Part shown: positions 20,230 through 30,866 of the stretch, piece by piece
How positions within the stretch are numbered: position 1 is the first letter of the stretch
Layout of the letters: the number at the start of each line of letters is the position of its first letter
Source of the DNA: Candidatus Poribacteria bacterium
GTDB taxonomy: Bacteria; Poribacteria; WGA-4E; WGA-3G
Assembly (NCBI GenBank): GCA_965197475.1
Contig: CBDANF010000002.1
Location: forward strand, 928,001-992,000
DNA length: 64,000 nt
Direction: 5' to 3'
Notes under the pieces: generated by a model
What the model saw: only the letters and a program-made list of their open reading frames with translations
What the model was told of the DNA's origin: nothing
Database searches by the model: none
Program-made: the position numbers and the translations under genes

Positions 20230-20991
20230 ATGGCAAATCTTGAAAACGCTCCGAATGACCCAATTATTATCTGTGAAGATGTCCACAAATGGTATGATGA
20301 GTTCCATGTCCTCAAAGGGATTACCACCTCTTTCCAAAAAGGCGAAAGAGCGGTGATATGCGGTCCCTCTGGTTCAGGAAAATCTACGTTTATCCGTACA
20401 ATTAACCGATTGGAGGAACATCAACGGGGTAGAATCATCGTTGAAGGCATTGAGCTTACGAATGACCTCCGTAATATCAATCTTATCCGTCAGGAAGTTG
20501 GTATGGTCTTCCAACAATTCAACCTATTTCCGCACTTGACGAACCTGCAGAATATAACGTTGAGTCCCATTAGAGTGAGAAAACTTTCGAAAAGTCAGGC
20601 TAAATCTGAAGCTTTGGCATTATTGGAACGGATGGATATTGCTGATCAAGCGGAAAAGTATCCCTCAGAGATTTCGGGTGGACAGCAGCAACGTGTCGCA
20701 ATTGCGAGGGCCTTGGCAATGGAACCCAAGATTATGTTATTTGATGAACCGACAAGTGCGCTTGATCCTGAAATGATAACGGAAGTATTAGATGTGATGC
20801 GTGAACTCGCACATTCAGGTATGACAATGCTGGTTGTTACGCATGAGATGGGATTTGCACGTGAAGTTGCTGATCGGATACTCTTTTTTGATGAGGGAAT
20901 GATTGTAGAGGATGCAGCACCAACAGATTTCTTTGATAACCCGCAGCATGAACGCACAAAACTTTTTATTTCGCAAACGCTGCAACATTAG
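20230..20991 (+). CDS. aapP: Amino acid ABC transporter ATP-binding protein
   Basis: [35 protein letters not shown]. Confidence 0.93.
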   Translation: MANLENAPNDPIIICEDVHKWYDEFHVLKGITTSFQKGERAVICGPSGSGKSTFIRTINRLEEHQRGRIIVEGIELTNDLRNINLIRQEVGMVFQQFNLFPHLTNLQNITLSPIRVRKLSKSQAKSEALALLERMDIADQAEKYPSEISGGQQQRVAIARALAMEPKIMLFDEPTSALDPEMITEVLDVMRELAHSGMTMLVVTHEMGFAREVADRILFFDEGMIVEDAAPTDFFDNPQHERTKLFISQTLQH

Positions 20992-21104
20992 GATTTATAC
21001 TTGGAACCAGAGTTGGGGTATAATCAGGAATTTAATTGATGAAAACAGAATATGATTTTTCAAAAGGTGAACGTGGTAAATTCTATGATGTGAGGCACAA
21101 ACGG

Positions 21105-21863
21105 ATGCGGTTAAAAGATAAAATAGCTATTGTCACAGGAGCAGGACGCGGTATCGGCAGAGCAATCGCCATTCGGTTTGCCGAAGAGGGAGCTAAAGTT
21201 GTCGTTGATGATGTAAACGATGACATCGGAATAGCAACCGTTTCCGTTATAACCGGTGCAGGCGGCGAAGCATTGTTTGTGAAGGCTGATGTCTCTGATG
21301 CCAAGGATGCGGAAAAACTCATTGCTCAGACTGTTGATACATATCAAACAGTTGACATACTCGTAAATAATGCTATCTGTTCCACAGAAAACGTTTTGAA
21401 TAATAATTGGGAAGCAAACTTAGCAGTTGCACTTCAAGGTACCAGTCATTGCACCAACGCAGTTATACCAATTATGCAGCAGGGAGGCGGCGGTAGTATT
21501 GTCAATATCGCATCAGTCAACGGTCTCATCGGACTGCAGGGAATTCATGCGTATTCTGCAGCAAAGGGAGGCGTTATCGCGTTGACCCGCTCTATGGCAG
21601 TCACACACGGTAAAGACAACATCCGTATCAACTGTATTTGTCCTGGCACCGTGCAAACCGAAGTATGGGAGCCGATGATCGAACGGAATCCGCGTATCTT
21701 GGACGAAATCACGCCGTGGTATCCACTGGGACGCATCGGAAAACCTGTGGACATTGCCAACGCCGCGCTTTTCCTTGCATCCGGTGAGGCAAATTTTGCG
21801 ACAGGGGCGGTTTTTGTCATTGATGGCGGATTGACCGCTGGTAACCACCAGTTTCCAATTTAA
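21105..21863 (+). CDS. SDR-family oxidoreductase
   Basis: TGAGRGIG, NNA, YSAAK; start placed at MRLKDK after a GAGG RBS. Confidence 0.92.
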   Translation: MRLKDKIAIVTGAGRGIGRAIAIRFAEEGAKVVVDDVNDDIGIATVSVITGAGGEALFVKADVSDAKDAEKLIAQTVDTYQTVDILVNNAICSTENVLNNNWEANLAVALQGTSHCTNAVIPIMQQGGGGSIVNIASVNGLIGLQGIHAYSAAKGGVIALTRSMAVTHGKDNIRINCICPGTVQTEVWEPMIERNPRILDEITPWYPLGRIGKPVDIANAALFLASGEANFATGAVFVIDGGLTAGNHQFPI

Positions 21864-21972
21864 ATTTCGCATCTTTGTAGTTCAGAATCGTTAATCTTAA
21901 AAGACACATTTGATCTTATATTGCAATTTACTAATAAAGTCAATCAACATCAAATTCACAGGGAGATACGCA

Positions 21973-22824
21973 ATGGTAACACAAGAACAAGTTGGCTTTT
22001 TTCAGGAAAACGGATATCTCAAGTTTGGTAAAGTTTTAGACAGCGATGGCATAGAAGCCATGCGCGCGGGGTTAGATACCATCATTGAATTAGAACTCAA
22101 TGATGGCGATGATTCATCACCGGAATTCAAGTACGGGCATGACCGCCAAGGACAGCGACTCAATAGAGGCAGAGATCACCCGCGCGCAATCCATCAATTC
22201 GTCAATATGTGGAAACGTGAACCCAGTTACGAGGCAGCTATCCATAATCCGCTCATTGCTGGAACAGCGCGTGCATTACTGGAGACTTCTGAAGTGCGTC
22301 TCTGGCATGATCAAGTTATTTCCAAACCACCACAAGATAACGGACATTTTGGCTTTCATCATGATTTCTTTTTCTGGCCCCTAAGTCCTCCGAACATTGT
22401 GAGCTGCTGGCTTGCTTTAGATGATGCCACGGTGGATAGCGGTTGCATGCACGTTATGCCGAAAAGCCACAAAGACGAACATTTCTCAGTTACAGCAAAA
22501 GCAGAATTTGATGCGGAAACCGCAAAAGCACGCGAAGAAGGACGTGAACCGCCACCGAATCCGTGGACAGAAAGACGGGGCTTGGACATAAGCCACGGTA
22601 TTCCAGTGGAGTTAAAAGCGGGCGAGTGCATGTTTCATCACTGCCTCAATTTTCACGGAACACCACCGAATGTTACAGATCACCAACGTCGTGCGTTTGT
22701 CATGATCTTTATGGCGCAAGACGTTTGCTATAACAACGCGCAATCATCGGGGCACGTCCTTGTCCCAACAATTGAGGTTGCGGATGGTGAACCGCTTGTC
22801 GGTGATGGATTTCCGGTGGCATAA
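21973..22824 (+). CDS. Phytanoyl-CoA dioxygenase (PhyH) family protein
   Basis: FHHD...W, WLALDDAT..SGC, FHH..FHG..N....RRA; GGAG RBS before 21973. Confidence 0.9.
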   Translation: MVTQEQVGFFQENGYLKFGKVLDSDGIEAMRAGLDTIIELELNDGDDSSPEFKYGHDRQGQRLNRGRDHPRAIHQFVNMWKREPSYEAAIHNPLIAGTARALLETSEVRLWHDQVISKPPQDNGHFGFHHDFFFWPLSPPNIVSCWLALDDATVDSGCMHVMPKSHKDEHFSVTAKAEFDAETAKAREEGREPPPNPWTERRGLDISHGIPVELKAGECMFHHCLNFHGTPPNVTDHQRRAFVMIFMAQDVCYNNAQSSGHVLVPTIEVADGEPLVGDGFPVA

Positions 22825-22842
22825 CGAGGTTTGAATACTGAA

Positions 22843-24072
22843 ATGAAAGATTCAACGTTTATTACAAGAGTTATTCTGAAAAACTATAAGAGTATCGCCG
22901 CATGTGATGTGCAATTACAACCTCTGACGTTTCTTGTAGGTCGAAATGGGTCTGGAAAGAGCAATTTTCTTGATTCGCTGCGGTTCGTTTCCGATGCTTT
23001 GAATTCATCATTGGAACACGCAATACGCGATCGTGGAGGTATCAACGATGTTCGCCGTCGTTCTCGGGGACATCCAAACCATTTTAGTATTGGGTTTGCA
23101 TTTACTTTACCGAATAGTGCTACGGGACACTATATCTTTAGCATTGGATCTCGTCCACGTGGGGGATACGAGGTTCAGTCTGAAACGTGTATATTTCAGA
23201 GGCAATACTTCCATGTGAATAAAGATTCTGTAGTTACGACTAGTGTAAAGGCTGCACCGGCTGCTGTAACAGATCGTCTCTATTTGGTAAATGCTTCTGG
23301 GTTGCCCGAGTTTCGTCCTGTCTACGATGCGTTTTCTCGGATGGGATTTTATAATTTCAATCCAGATATAATCAGAGATCTCCAAGCACCGGACCCTCGC
23401 GATGTTCTCGCTCGGGACGGAAGCAACCTGACAAGTGTACTCAATCAACTCTCATCTTCTGTCAAGAAAGACATTGAGGAATATCTGGCATTGGTAGTTC
23501 CTAGTGTGCATAGCGTAGATGTAGAAAAGTTTGGGCACAAGGAAACATTGGAGTTCAGACAGGATGTTGCAGGTGATAAATATCCATGGCGATTTCTGGC
23601 AAACAATATGTCTGATGGTACACTCCGTGTATTAGGAATGTTGGTAGCACTTTTTCAAGGAGATCAGGACGCGCAAAAGCGCGTGCCACTCGTGGGAATT
23701 GAGGAACCAGAGATTGCACTTCATCCAGCAGCAGTAGGAGTGTTGCTGGATGCGCTTCGTGATGCTTCCCATAAGACACAGGTTATCATCACCAGTCACA
23801 GTCCAGATCTACTTGATAACAAGGACCTTGATGTGGATTCAATTCTTGCTGTTGAAGCGCATGGTGGAAACACTGCAATCGCCCAAGTAGATGAGGCTAG
23901 TAGGTCTGTAGTACGAGATCGATTGTTTACAACAGGTGAACTTCTACGTCTTGATCAATTACAACCCGATCCAGCGTCTGTTGCTGCTGCTGCAAAAACT
24001 AAACAACCCACTTTATCTGATTTACAGAACGGGAATCTTAACCAACCGAAGAACAAGGAAAAGGACAGATGA
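22843..24072 (+). CDS. SMC-like AAA_21 ATPase
   Basis: NYKSI, GRNGSGKSN, MSDGTLR, IEEPE..LHP, TSHSP. Confidence 0.88.
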   Translation: MKDSTFITRVILKNYKSIAACDVQLQPLTFLVGRNGSGKSNFLDSLRFVSDALNSSLEHAIRDRGGINDVRRRSRGHPNHFSIGFAFTLPNSATGHYIFSIGSRPRGGYEVQSETCIFQRQYFHVNKDSVVTTSVKAAPAAVTDRLYLVNASGLPEFRPVYDAFSRMGFYNFNPDIIRDLQAPDPRDVLARDGSNLTSVLNQLSSSVKKDIEEYLALVVPSVHSVDVEKFGHKETLEFRQDVAGDKYPWRFLANNMSDGTLRVLGMLVALFQGDQDAQKRVPLVGIEEPEIALHPAAVGVLLDALRDASHKTQVIITSHSPDLLDNKDLDVDSILAVEAHGGNTAIAQVDEASRSVVRDRLFTTGELLRLDQLQPDPASVAAAAKTKQPTLSDLQNGNLNQPKNKEKDR

Positions 24073-24686
24073 CCGTTAAAATTGGCTGTATTGTTGAGGG
24101 AGATGGCGAAGTTGAAGCTGTCCCTGTCTTGATTCGGCGTATAGCGTGGGACCTCTATCCAGAGCTACCGATTATTGTAGAGCGTCCAATACGTGCACCT
24201 AGAAATCTGGTGGTTAAAGCAGATGAACTTGAGCGAAGAGTCGAATTAGCAGCTCGAAGGGTTGATGGACAGGGGGTTATTTTTATAATCCTTGACAGCG
24301 ATGTTGAATGTCCTGCTGAACTGGGACCTGCACTACTTGACAGAGCATCGCAAACTCGTAGCGATTTACCAATTGCTGTTGTCCTTGCAAAGCAAGAATT
24401 CGAGGCGTGGTTTCTTGCCGCCGCCGAATCACTTCGCGGACAAAGAGGATTAAAAGACGATATTGATTCTCCAAACGATCCAGAGGCAATCCGCGATGCA
24501 AAGGGATGGCTTAGCAAGCGAATGGAAGACAGCAGAACGTATCGTGAAACGCGCGATCAAGCCGCATTCGCAGCACTCTTTGACATTGAACAAGCGCGTG
24601 AAGCAGACTCATTTGACAAATGCTACCGAGACATCGTTCGTCTCCTTGAAGAATTGCAGAAAGCAAATGATTCAACTAATGAATAA
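24069..24686 (+). CDS. DUF4276-family (TOPRIM-like) protein
   Basis: IVEGDGE, ILDSD, EFEAWFLA, Y.ET.DQ, SF; ATGA overlap with the ATPase. Confidence 0.8.
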   Translation: MTVKIGCIVEGDGEVEAVPVLIRRIAWDLYPELPIIVERPIRAPRNLVVKADELERRVELAARRVDGQGVIFIILDSDVECPAELGPALLDRASQTRSDLPIAVVLAKQEFEAWFLAAAESLRGQRGLKDDIDSPNDPEAIRDAKGWLSKRMEDSRTYRETRDQAAFAALFDIEQAREADSFDKCYRDIVRLLEELQKANDSTNE

Positions 24687-24745
24687 ATGTAAGAAAAAGA
24701 ATATTGACTATCGTATCAAATTTACCAACTAAATGGAGAATTCAA

Positions 24746-26149
24746 ATGGAAAACAAACCAAATGTCATTTTTATATTAACAGACGACCAAGGACCTTGGG
24801 CAATGGGTTGTAGTGGTAACGACGAGGTACGCACACCCTATATTGACCAACTTGCCTCAGAAGGCACACGTTTTCCCAACTTCTTCTGCACGAGTCCTGT
24901 GTGCTCACCTGCACGCGCAAGCCTGATGACAGGACGCATTCCATCAGCACACGGCGTACACGACTGGATTCGCGATGGGAACATGCCACCTGACCCCGCA
25001 AGGTATCTTGAAGGGTTAACTTGTTATACCGATGTTCTCACAGAGAATAATTACACAGTAGGATTGAGCGGTAAATGGCATCTCGGTGATAGTTTAACAC
25101 CACAACACGGGTTCAGCCACTGGTTTGCTTTACCCACTGGTGGTAGCCAATACAACAATGCGAATATGATACGAGATGGACAAGTAGAGCAACAACCGGG
25201 CTACCTCACTGATGTTATCACCGAGGATGCATTAGAATTTATCTCCGCAAATAGCGAAGGACCTTTCTATCTTAGTGTCAACTATAACGCGCCGCATACG
25301 CCGTTTAACGGGCATCCACAAGACATCGTGGATTCTTATGACGATTGTCCATTCAAGACATGTCCACAAGAGTCGTTACATCCATGGGCAGTACAGGGGG
25401 CAGCAGCGCACATGGGCAATCGCGAGTCGTTGAAAGGTTATTTTGCAGCCATAACAGCACTCGATTTAAACGTCGGACGGATTTTAGATCGACTCGGTGA
25501 GTTAGGTATCCGCGAGAATACGCTTGTTGTCTTTAGTAGCGATAACGGCTATTCGTGTGGACATAACGGATTTTGGCACAAAGGCAATGGCACGTTCCCA
25601 CTGAATATGTATGAGAATTCGGTCAAGGTTCCCTTTGTTATCAGCCAACCCGGCAGAATTCCTGAAGGACGTGTCAGTGAGGCGATGGTAAGTCAATACG
25701 ATTTCATGCCGACACTTCTGGATTATCTCGGTTTGCCCGATCCGAATGATGATATGTCACCTGGAAGAAGTTTCGTCTCGGCACTTTCCGGTGAAACAAA
25801 CGATGCCCAAGATGAGATCGTTGTCTTTGATGAATATGGTCCTGTCCGCATGATCCGTACGCAAGAGTGGAAATATGTCCACCGTTATGCTTACGGTCCG
25901 CATGAACTTTACAATTTAACAAAAGACCCGCGTGAACGGAATAACCTTGTAGACGAGAAGGAGCATAACGCACTGATAGGCGATCTGCGGCGACAGATGG
26001 GAGCATGGTTTGAGCGATATGTAGTACCGGAATTGGATGGCGCAAGATGTTCGGTCACCGGCGGCGGACAAGCAGCAAAGATTGGAGAAGGGAATTATGG
26101 TGAAAATTCCTTCCATCCAAGATATGCACCACCTCGACGAAATGTTTAG
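24746..26149 (+). CDS. Formylglycine-dependent sulfatase (no signal peptide)
   Basis: PNVIFILTDDQG, CSPARAS.MTG, GKWHLG, SSDNG. Confidence 0.93.
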   Translation: MENKPNVIFILTDDQGPWAMGCSGNDEVRTPYIDQLASEGTRFPNFFCTSPVCSPARASLMTGRIPSAHGVHDWIRDGNMPPDPARYLEGLTCYTDVLTENNYTVGLSGKWHLGDSLTPQHGFSHWFALPTGGSQYNNANMIRDGQVEQQPGYLTDVITEDALEFISANSEGPFYLSVNYNAPHTPFNGHPQDIVDSYDDCPFKTCPQESLHPWAVQGAAAHMGNRESLKGYFAAITALDLNVGRILDRLGELGIRENTLVVFSSDNGYSCGHNGFWHKGNGTFPLNMYENSVKVPFVISQPGRIPEGRVSEAMVSQYDFMPTLLDYLGLPDPNDDMSPGRSFVSALSGETNDAQDEIVVFDEYGPVRMIRTQEWKYVHRYAYGPHELYNLTKDPRERNNLVDEKEHNALIGDLRRQMGAWFERYVVPELDGARCSVTGGGQAAKIGEGNYGENSFHPRYAPPRRNV

Positions 26150-26233
26150 ATGATACATATTCATCTGAGTCGGATGCGCTGAATGCTAAATGTGCATTCA
26201 GCGTTGATGTAGTAGCATCAATGGAGGAAAGAC

Positions 26234-27772
26234 ATGTCAGATCAGGAGAAAAACAAAAGCAGAAATATATCACGCCGGAGTTTTTTGAAGAACGTAGGCA
26301 CCAGTACTGTTGCTGCTGCAGTTGCTCCAGCGATCTTGATCGGTGCAGAGAAAACAGGAGAAACCCAAATGCAAAACCAACCAAATGTCATTTTTATTCT
26401 AACGGACGACCAGGGACCTTGGGCAGCAGGATGTTGCGGCAACGACGAGGTGCGAACTCCGTATATTGACCAACTCGCTTCAGAAGGCACGCGTTTTCCC
26501 AATTTTTTCTGCACAAGTCCTGTTTGCTCACCGGCGCGCGCAAGTCTGATGACTGGACGTATCCCTTCAGCACACGGTGTCCATGATTTTATCCCTACCG
26601 GGAACATGCCCCCCAACCCTATACGCTACCTTGAAGGACTCACCTGCTATACCGACGTACTCGCTGACAATGATTACACTGTCGGGTTGAGTGGCAAATG
26701 GCATCTCGGCGATAGCTTAAGCCCACAACACGGGTTTAGTCACTGGTTTGCTATGCCCTTAGGTGGAAGCAAATACAACAACGCCAATATGATTAGAGAT
26801 GGGAAGGTAGAGGTGCAACCGGGCTACCTCACTAACGTAATTACTGATGACGCATTGAATTTTATCTCCGAGAATCAAGAGGGACCATTCTATCTCAGTG
26901 TCCACTATAATGCACCACACACTCCATTCAATGGACATCCAAAAGACATCGTGGCTTCTTATGACAATTGTCCGTTTAAGACATGCCCACAGGAAGCATT
27001 GCATCCGTGGGCAGGGCGAGGATCGTTACCGCACATGGGTAATCGCCAGTCGTTGAAGGGTTATTTCGCTGCTATCACAGCACTTGATTTAAATGTCGGA
27101 CGGATTTTAGATCGACTCGGTGAGTTAGGTATCCGCGATAACACGCTTATTGTTTTCAGTAGTGATAACGGCTATTCATGTGGACATAATGGATTTTGGC
27201 ACAAAGGCAACGGAACGTTTCCGCTGAATATGTATGAGAATTCGGTCAAGGTGCCTTTTATCATGAGCCAACCCGGCAAAATTCCAGAAGGACGCGTCAA
27301 CGAAGCGATGGTAAGTCAATATGATTTTATGCCGACACTTCTCGATTATCTCGGCTTACCCGATCCCAATGACGATATGTCACCCGGTAGAAGTTTCGTC
27401 CCGGCACTTTCCGGTGAAACAAACGATGCCCAAGATAGAATCGTTGTCTTTGATGAATATGGTCCTGTCCGTATGATTCGCACGCAAGAGTGGAAATATG
27501 TCCACCGCTATCCTTACGGACCACATGAACTTTATGACTTAGTGAATGACCCGCGCGAGCGAAAAAACCTGATAGACGACAAGTCAAATAACGCACTGAT
27601 AAGCGATATGCGGCGACAGATGGGTGCATGGTTTGAACAGTATGTAATACCAAGATTAGACGGTACAAGATGTGCAGTCACCGGTAGAGGACAAGCTGGA
27701 AAGATTGGAGATGGGTTGTATGGTGAAGATGCTTTTCATCCAAGGGAAGGTAGACAACGTAAGAAGGCTTAG
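26234..27772 (+). CDS. Sulfatase paralog with a Tat signal peptide
   Basis: SRRSFLK twin-arginine motif; catalytic domain nearly identical to the upstream copy. Confidence 0.92.
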   Translation: MSDQEKNKSRNISRRSFLKNVGTSTVAAAVAPAILIGAEKTGETQMQNQPNVIFILTDDQGPWAAGCCGNDEVRTPYIDQLASEGTRFPNFFCTSPVCSPARASLMTGRIPSAHGVHDFIPTGNMPPNPIRYLEGLTCYTDVLADNDYTVGLSGKWHLGDSLSPQHGFSHWFAMPLGGSKYNNANMIRDGKVEVQPGYLTNVITDDALNFISENQEGPFYLSVHYNAPHTPFNGHPKDIVASYDNCPFKTCPQEALHPWAGRGSLPHMGNRQSLKGYFAAITALDLNVGRILDRLGELGIRDNTLIVFSSDNGYSCGHNGFWHKGNGTFPLNMYENSVKVPFIMSQPGKIPEGRVNEAMVSQYDFMPTLLDYLGLPDPNDDMSPGRSFVPALSGETNDAQDRIVVFDEYGPVRMIRTQEWKYVHRYPYGPHELYDLVNDPRERKNLIDDKSNNALISDMRRQMGAWFEQYVIPRLDGTRCAVTGRGQAGKIGDGLYGEDAFHPREGRQRKKA

Positions 27773-27850
27773 AATTTATCACATAAATACTATTGTAAAT
27801 AAATTCGCCCTACAAACATTTTCTGAAATGGTTCGTTAGAAAGGAGTGAT

Positions 27851-28696
27851 ATGGCGAGTGCGTTTGCCCCCGGCAACATTTCGTGTGTCTTTAAAATTAT
27901 TCACCATCCCGATCCGTCCCGTATGCATTCTCTCGGCATGGGTTTCACCGTCCAAGAGGGAGTAGAGGTTACCGTTTCTGAACATCATGAGACAAAGGTC
28001 CTATTTAACGGACAAGACATCAATTTTCCGACAGTCCGCGCTGTCGTCAAACGTCTAACCCAAAATACAGATGTCCCAGGCATAAAAGTAAATCTCACGT
28101 CCCCGCTTCCGCTGGGGTGTGGTTTCGGACTGAGTGGTGCTGCCTCACTTGCCACAGCTTACGCGATCAACGAGCTGATAGCATTACGTAAAGAAAATGA
28201 AGAGCTCGCCATGATTACGCATGTAGCTGAAGTTGAAAATCGGACTGGGTTAGGCGATGTTTGCTCGCAATACCACGGCGGATGCCTCGTTAAGTTGAAG
28301 GAAGGCGCGCCTTTAGTTGCCGATAAGTTGCCGATTCCTGAACAACCTATCTATTATCGCTACTTTGGACCAATTCAGACGAGCGAAGTACTCAGAAACA
28401 GTGAACAGACGAAACGTATCAACCGCGCTGCTGATACAGCGTTAGCCGTATTGCAAAAACTTACACGTACTCAGTCGAATCCTGAACTCTTTACCGCATG
28501 TTTTACAGTTGCAAAGCAATTTTCTGTGGAAAGCGAGTTACTCAGCGATGCGCGGGTGATTGACACGATTGCACAAATTGAAGAAGCAGGCGGTGTTGCA
28601 TCAATGATTATGTTAGGAAACGGGGTTTTTAGCACACACGCATTTGATGGTGCAACGGAGACACGACTTGTTGAAAACCCAGCGCGACTCATCTAA
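27851..28696 (+). CDS. GHMP kinase, archaeal-type pantoate kinase-like
   Basis: AFAPG.IS..F, PLGCGFGLSGA, H.AEV...TGLGDV, ASM.MLGNGVF. Confidence 0.78.
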   Translation: MASAFAPGNISCVFKIIHHPDPSRMHSLGMGFTVQEGVEVTVSEHHETKVLFNGQDINFPTVRAVVKRLTQNTDVPGIKVNLTSPLPLGCGFGLSGAASLATAYAINELIALRKENEELAMITHVAEVENRTGLGDVCSQYHGGCLVKLKEGAPLVADKLPIPEQPIYYRYFGPIQTSEVLRNSEQTKRINRAADTALAVLQKLTRTQSNPELFTACFTVAKQFSVESELLSDARVIDTIAQIEEAGGVASMIMLGNGVFSTHAFDGATETRLVENPARLI

Positions 28697-28717
28697 ATCA
28701 GTTGTTTTTACGTCTTA

Positions 28718-28806
28718 TACCAAATTAACGGGATTAGTCTTATTTTTTTGGGCAGACAGCGCGCTTACAAAGCGCGCCTACCGAGTGGGATCAAGTTAAT
28801 TTGGTA
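28718..28806. mobile_element. 89-bp MITE (TACC...GGTA ends, 3-bp TTA duplication)
   Basis: TTA|TACCAAATTAAC...GTTAATTTGGTA|TTA; sister element at 32978-33065. Confidence 0.75.
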
Positions 28807-28872
28807 TTATAGTAAAGTCTACGATTATTTGACACCATTAAAAGCACGCTTGCAAAGCATACTTACAGACTA

Positions 28873-30828
28873 ATGAGAACAATAGTCACACTTTTCTTAG
28901 CATTTTTTGTGGCATCTTCAGCCTTCTCTACGGTGGATTTTGAGGATGTAACCTTTGGGTTCAACAACGAATATAAATCAGGGAAATGGGCACTCCTGAA
29001 TGTTACCGTACGGAGTCAGAATGAACCTACTACGTTTAACGGGAAACTCACAGTTGAGGTTCACAATTCTTATTCAGACAAACCCATTTACCGTTATGCG
29101 ACTCCATTGCAGCTAAGTAAAACCGATCGGAAGCATAAAAAACTCTATATTTATTATCCAAAAACCAAAGTAAAACTACTCATACAACTAGTGCGATCAG
29201 AAAGATATGATCAGGAAATTGAGACATCTATTTCAGAACCACGTGCAATGCAGGAAATTATTCCACCAACACCGATTGCAAACAAAAACTATTTCGTGTT
29301 GGTATTAGCACCGAGTGGCGACAAAATACGAAAATTTATTGACAAAAAACAATTAAATGAAGATGGCACACGAGCACATATCAGATACCTTCCAAATTCA
29401 CACGCAATGCCGACACAGTGGATAGGTTATAGTGCTGTTGATCTGGTCGTTATTCGTGAGGTTTCCCTCACTGAGAGACGTATTTCTAAACAACAACGAG
29501 CAGCACTATTAGATTGGGTGCAGCGTGGTGGGACACTTGTTGTTTCAGGTGGTAGCAACTTTCGCTATCTAAAAGGTAGTTTTATTGAGCAATTTCTTCC
29601 GGTCAAATTGATACGTGAAGAGATAATTGATAAGGTGCCGCCTATCTTACAACAACAGTTGGGACTTAATACAAAAGATGTAGTATCAACGTTCAAGAGC
29701 ATTCACTTTGAACCTAAACTTGAATGTCACACTTTGCTCGGAACAGATGAACAGATTTACATCGCGAAACGAAACTTTGGGAGCGGACAGATTATATGTC
29801 TGGCGTTTAATTACAATGTTCCACCATTTTCAGAATTGAATGGAGGAGAAACCTTTTGGCGTTGGTTACTCAAAACCCATGGAAAATCACCCCGTTTTTT
29901 TGCGGATCGGTACTCGCCGTTTCGGCAACACGAGGAAAAGATTCATGAACAGTTTCTGTCGAAAATGCCGACACAGATTCCACTCGTCAAATTTTTGGCT
30001 GTTGTCCTACCGGTATATCTGCTCTGTTTTGGTGGTCTTCTTCTCTATGCTGGGAAACGTGGGCGTTCCTCACATAATAGAATTCGTCGTTACTGGATAG
30101 GAGGATTAATCTTTGTGCTAGTGTCCGTTAGTGCCATAAGTGTGGCGCGGACGGTCTTACCTAAAAAGATAGAGACGGACAAATTTTCAATACTATCGAT
30201 TTATCCTGAGCGGAAAAACGCGCACTTGCAAAGTTATGTTTCGCTTAGGACTGCTGCACGTACTAAAACATCAATTTCACTGACACCAAACACTTTTATT
30301 CGCCCTTTAAGGATTGAAAATGTCGTAAAATCAGCACAGTTCTCACAAGGATCAACGTCTCAGTTGCGAGAAACCACTATAGAACCGTGGAGTCCCAGCA
30401 CTTATGTGCGAGAAACTTTTTTTTCATTGGATACGCAAAAATCTCCAATAATGCTTGAGAATTCGTGGAGAATTAAAGGTGGAAAAGCAACCTACTTGGG
30501 AGATGTCACACTCGGAAAGAATAACATACGGTCACCAGATTCACCACCTGAAACGTTAAAAAAACTACCTCCTCACAAAGGGCTTAATGAAACTCGAAAC
30601 GCGTTTGCACAAATTTTACAGCGGGAAGGTATACTACAATATCTGTCTAAACTGGAAAACGGACTTACCATGGACAAAGCGCAGTTCCGCACTGTATTAA
30701 TTGGGTGGACTTCGCAGTTGGAACAGGTTTCAACAACGATTCCGCGCATGTCGACAGATGAAAATGTTAACGCAAATGATGAAACGTTAGTTATTTTATA
30801 TCTTAATGAAAAGAACACTGGAATGTAG
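28873..30828 (+). CDS. Hypothetical membrane protein with a GATase-like middle domain
   Basis: Signal peptide; ALLDWVQRGGTLVVSGG, G.GQI; two TM helices. Confidence 0.7.
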   Translation: MRTIVTLFLAFFVASSAFSTVDFEDVTFGFNNEYKSGKWALLNVTVRSQNEPTTFNGKLTVEVHNSYSDKPIYRYATPLQLSKTDRKHKKLYIYYPKTKVKLLIQLVRSERYDQEIETSISEPRAMQEIIPPTPIANKNYFVLVLAPSGDKIRKFIDKKQLNEDGTRAHIRYLPNSHAMPTQWIGYSAVDLVVIREVSLTERRISKQQRAALLDWVQRGGTLVVSGGSNFRYLKGSFIEQFLPVKLIREEIIDKVPPILQQQLGLNTKDVVSTFKSIHFEPKLECHTLLGTDEQIYIAKRNFGSGQIICLAFNYNVPPFSELNGGETFWRWLLKTHGKSPRFFADRYSPFRQHEEKIHEQFLSKMPTQIPLVKFLAVVLPVYLLCFGGLLLYAGKRGRSSHNRIRRYWIGGLIFVLVSVSAISVARTVLPKKIETDKFSILSIYPERKNAHLQSYVSLRTAARTKTSISLTPNTFIRPLRIENVVKSAQFSQGSTSQLRETTIEPWSPSTYVRETFFSLDTQKSPIMLENSWRIKGGKATYLGDVTLGKNNIRSPDSPPETLKKLPPHKGLNETRNAFAQILQREGILQYLSKLENGLTMDKAQFRTVLIGWTSQLEQVSTTIPRMSTDENVNANDETLVILYLNEKNTGM

Positions 30829-30866
30829 CCTCACGCTATTAAATGCAGGAGATGAGAGGTGAAGAG

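Noticed and set aside
24746-27772. Sulfatase pair as a DGR template/variable repeat or an assembly duplicate
   Set aside because: Differences are not adenine-specific and are mostly synonymous; no reverse transcriptase is present; both ORFs are intact and distinct.
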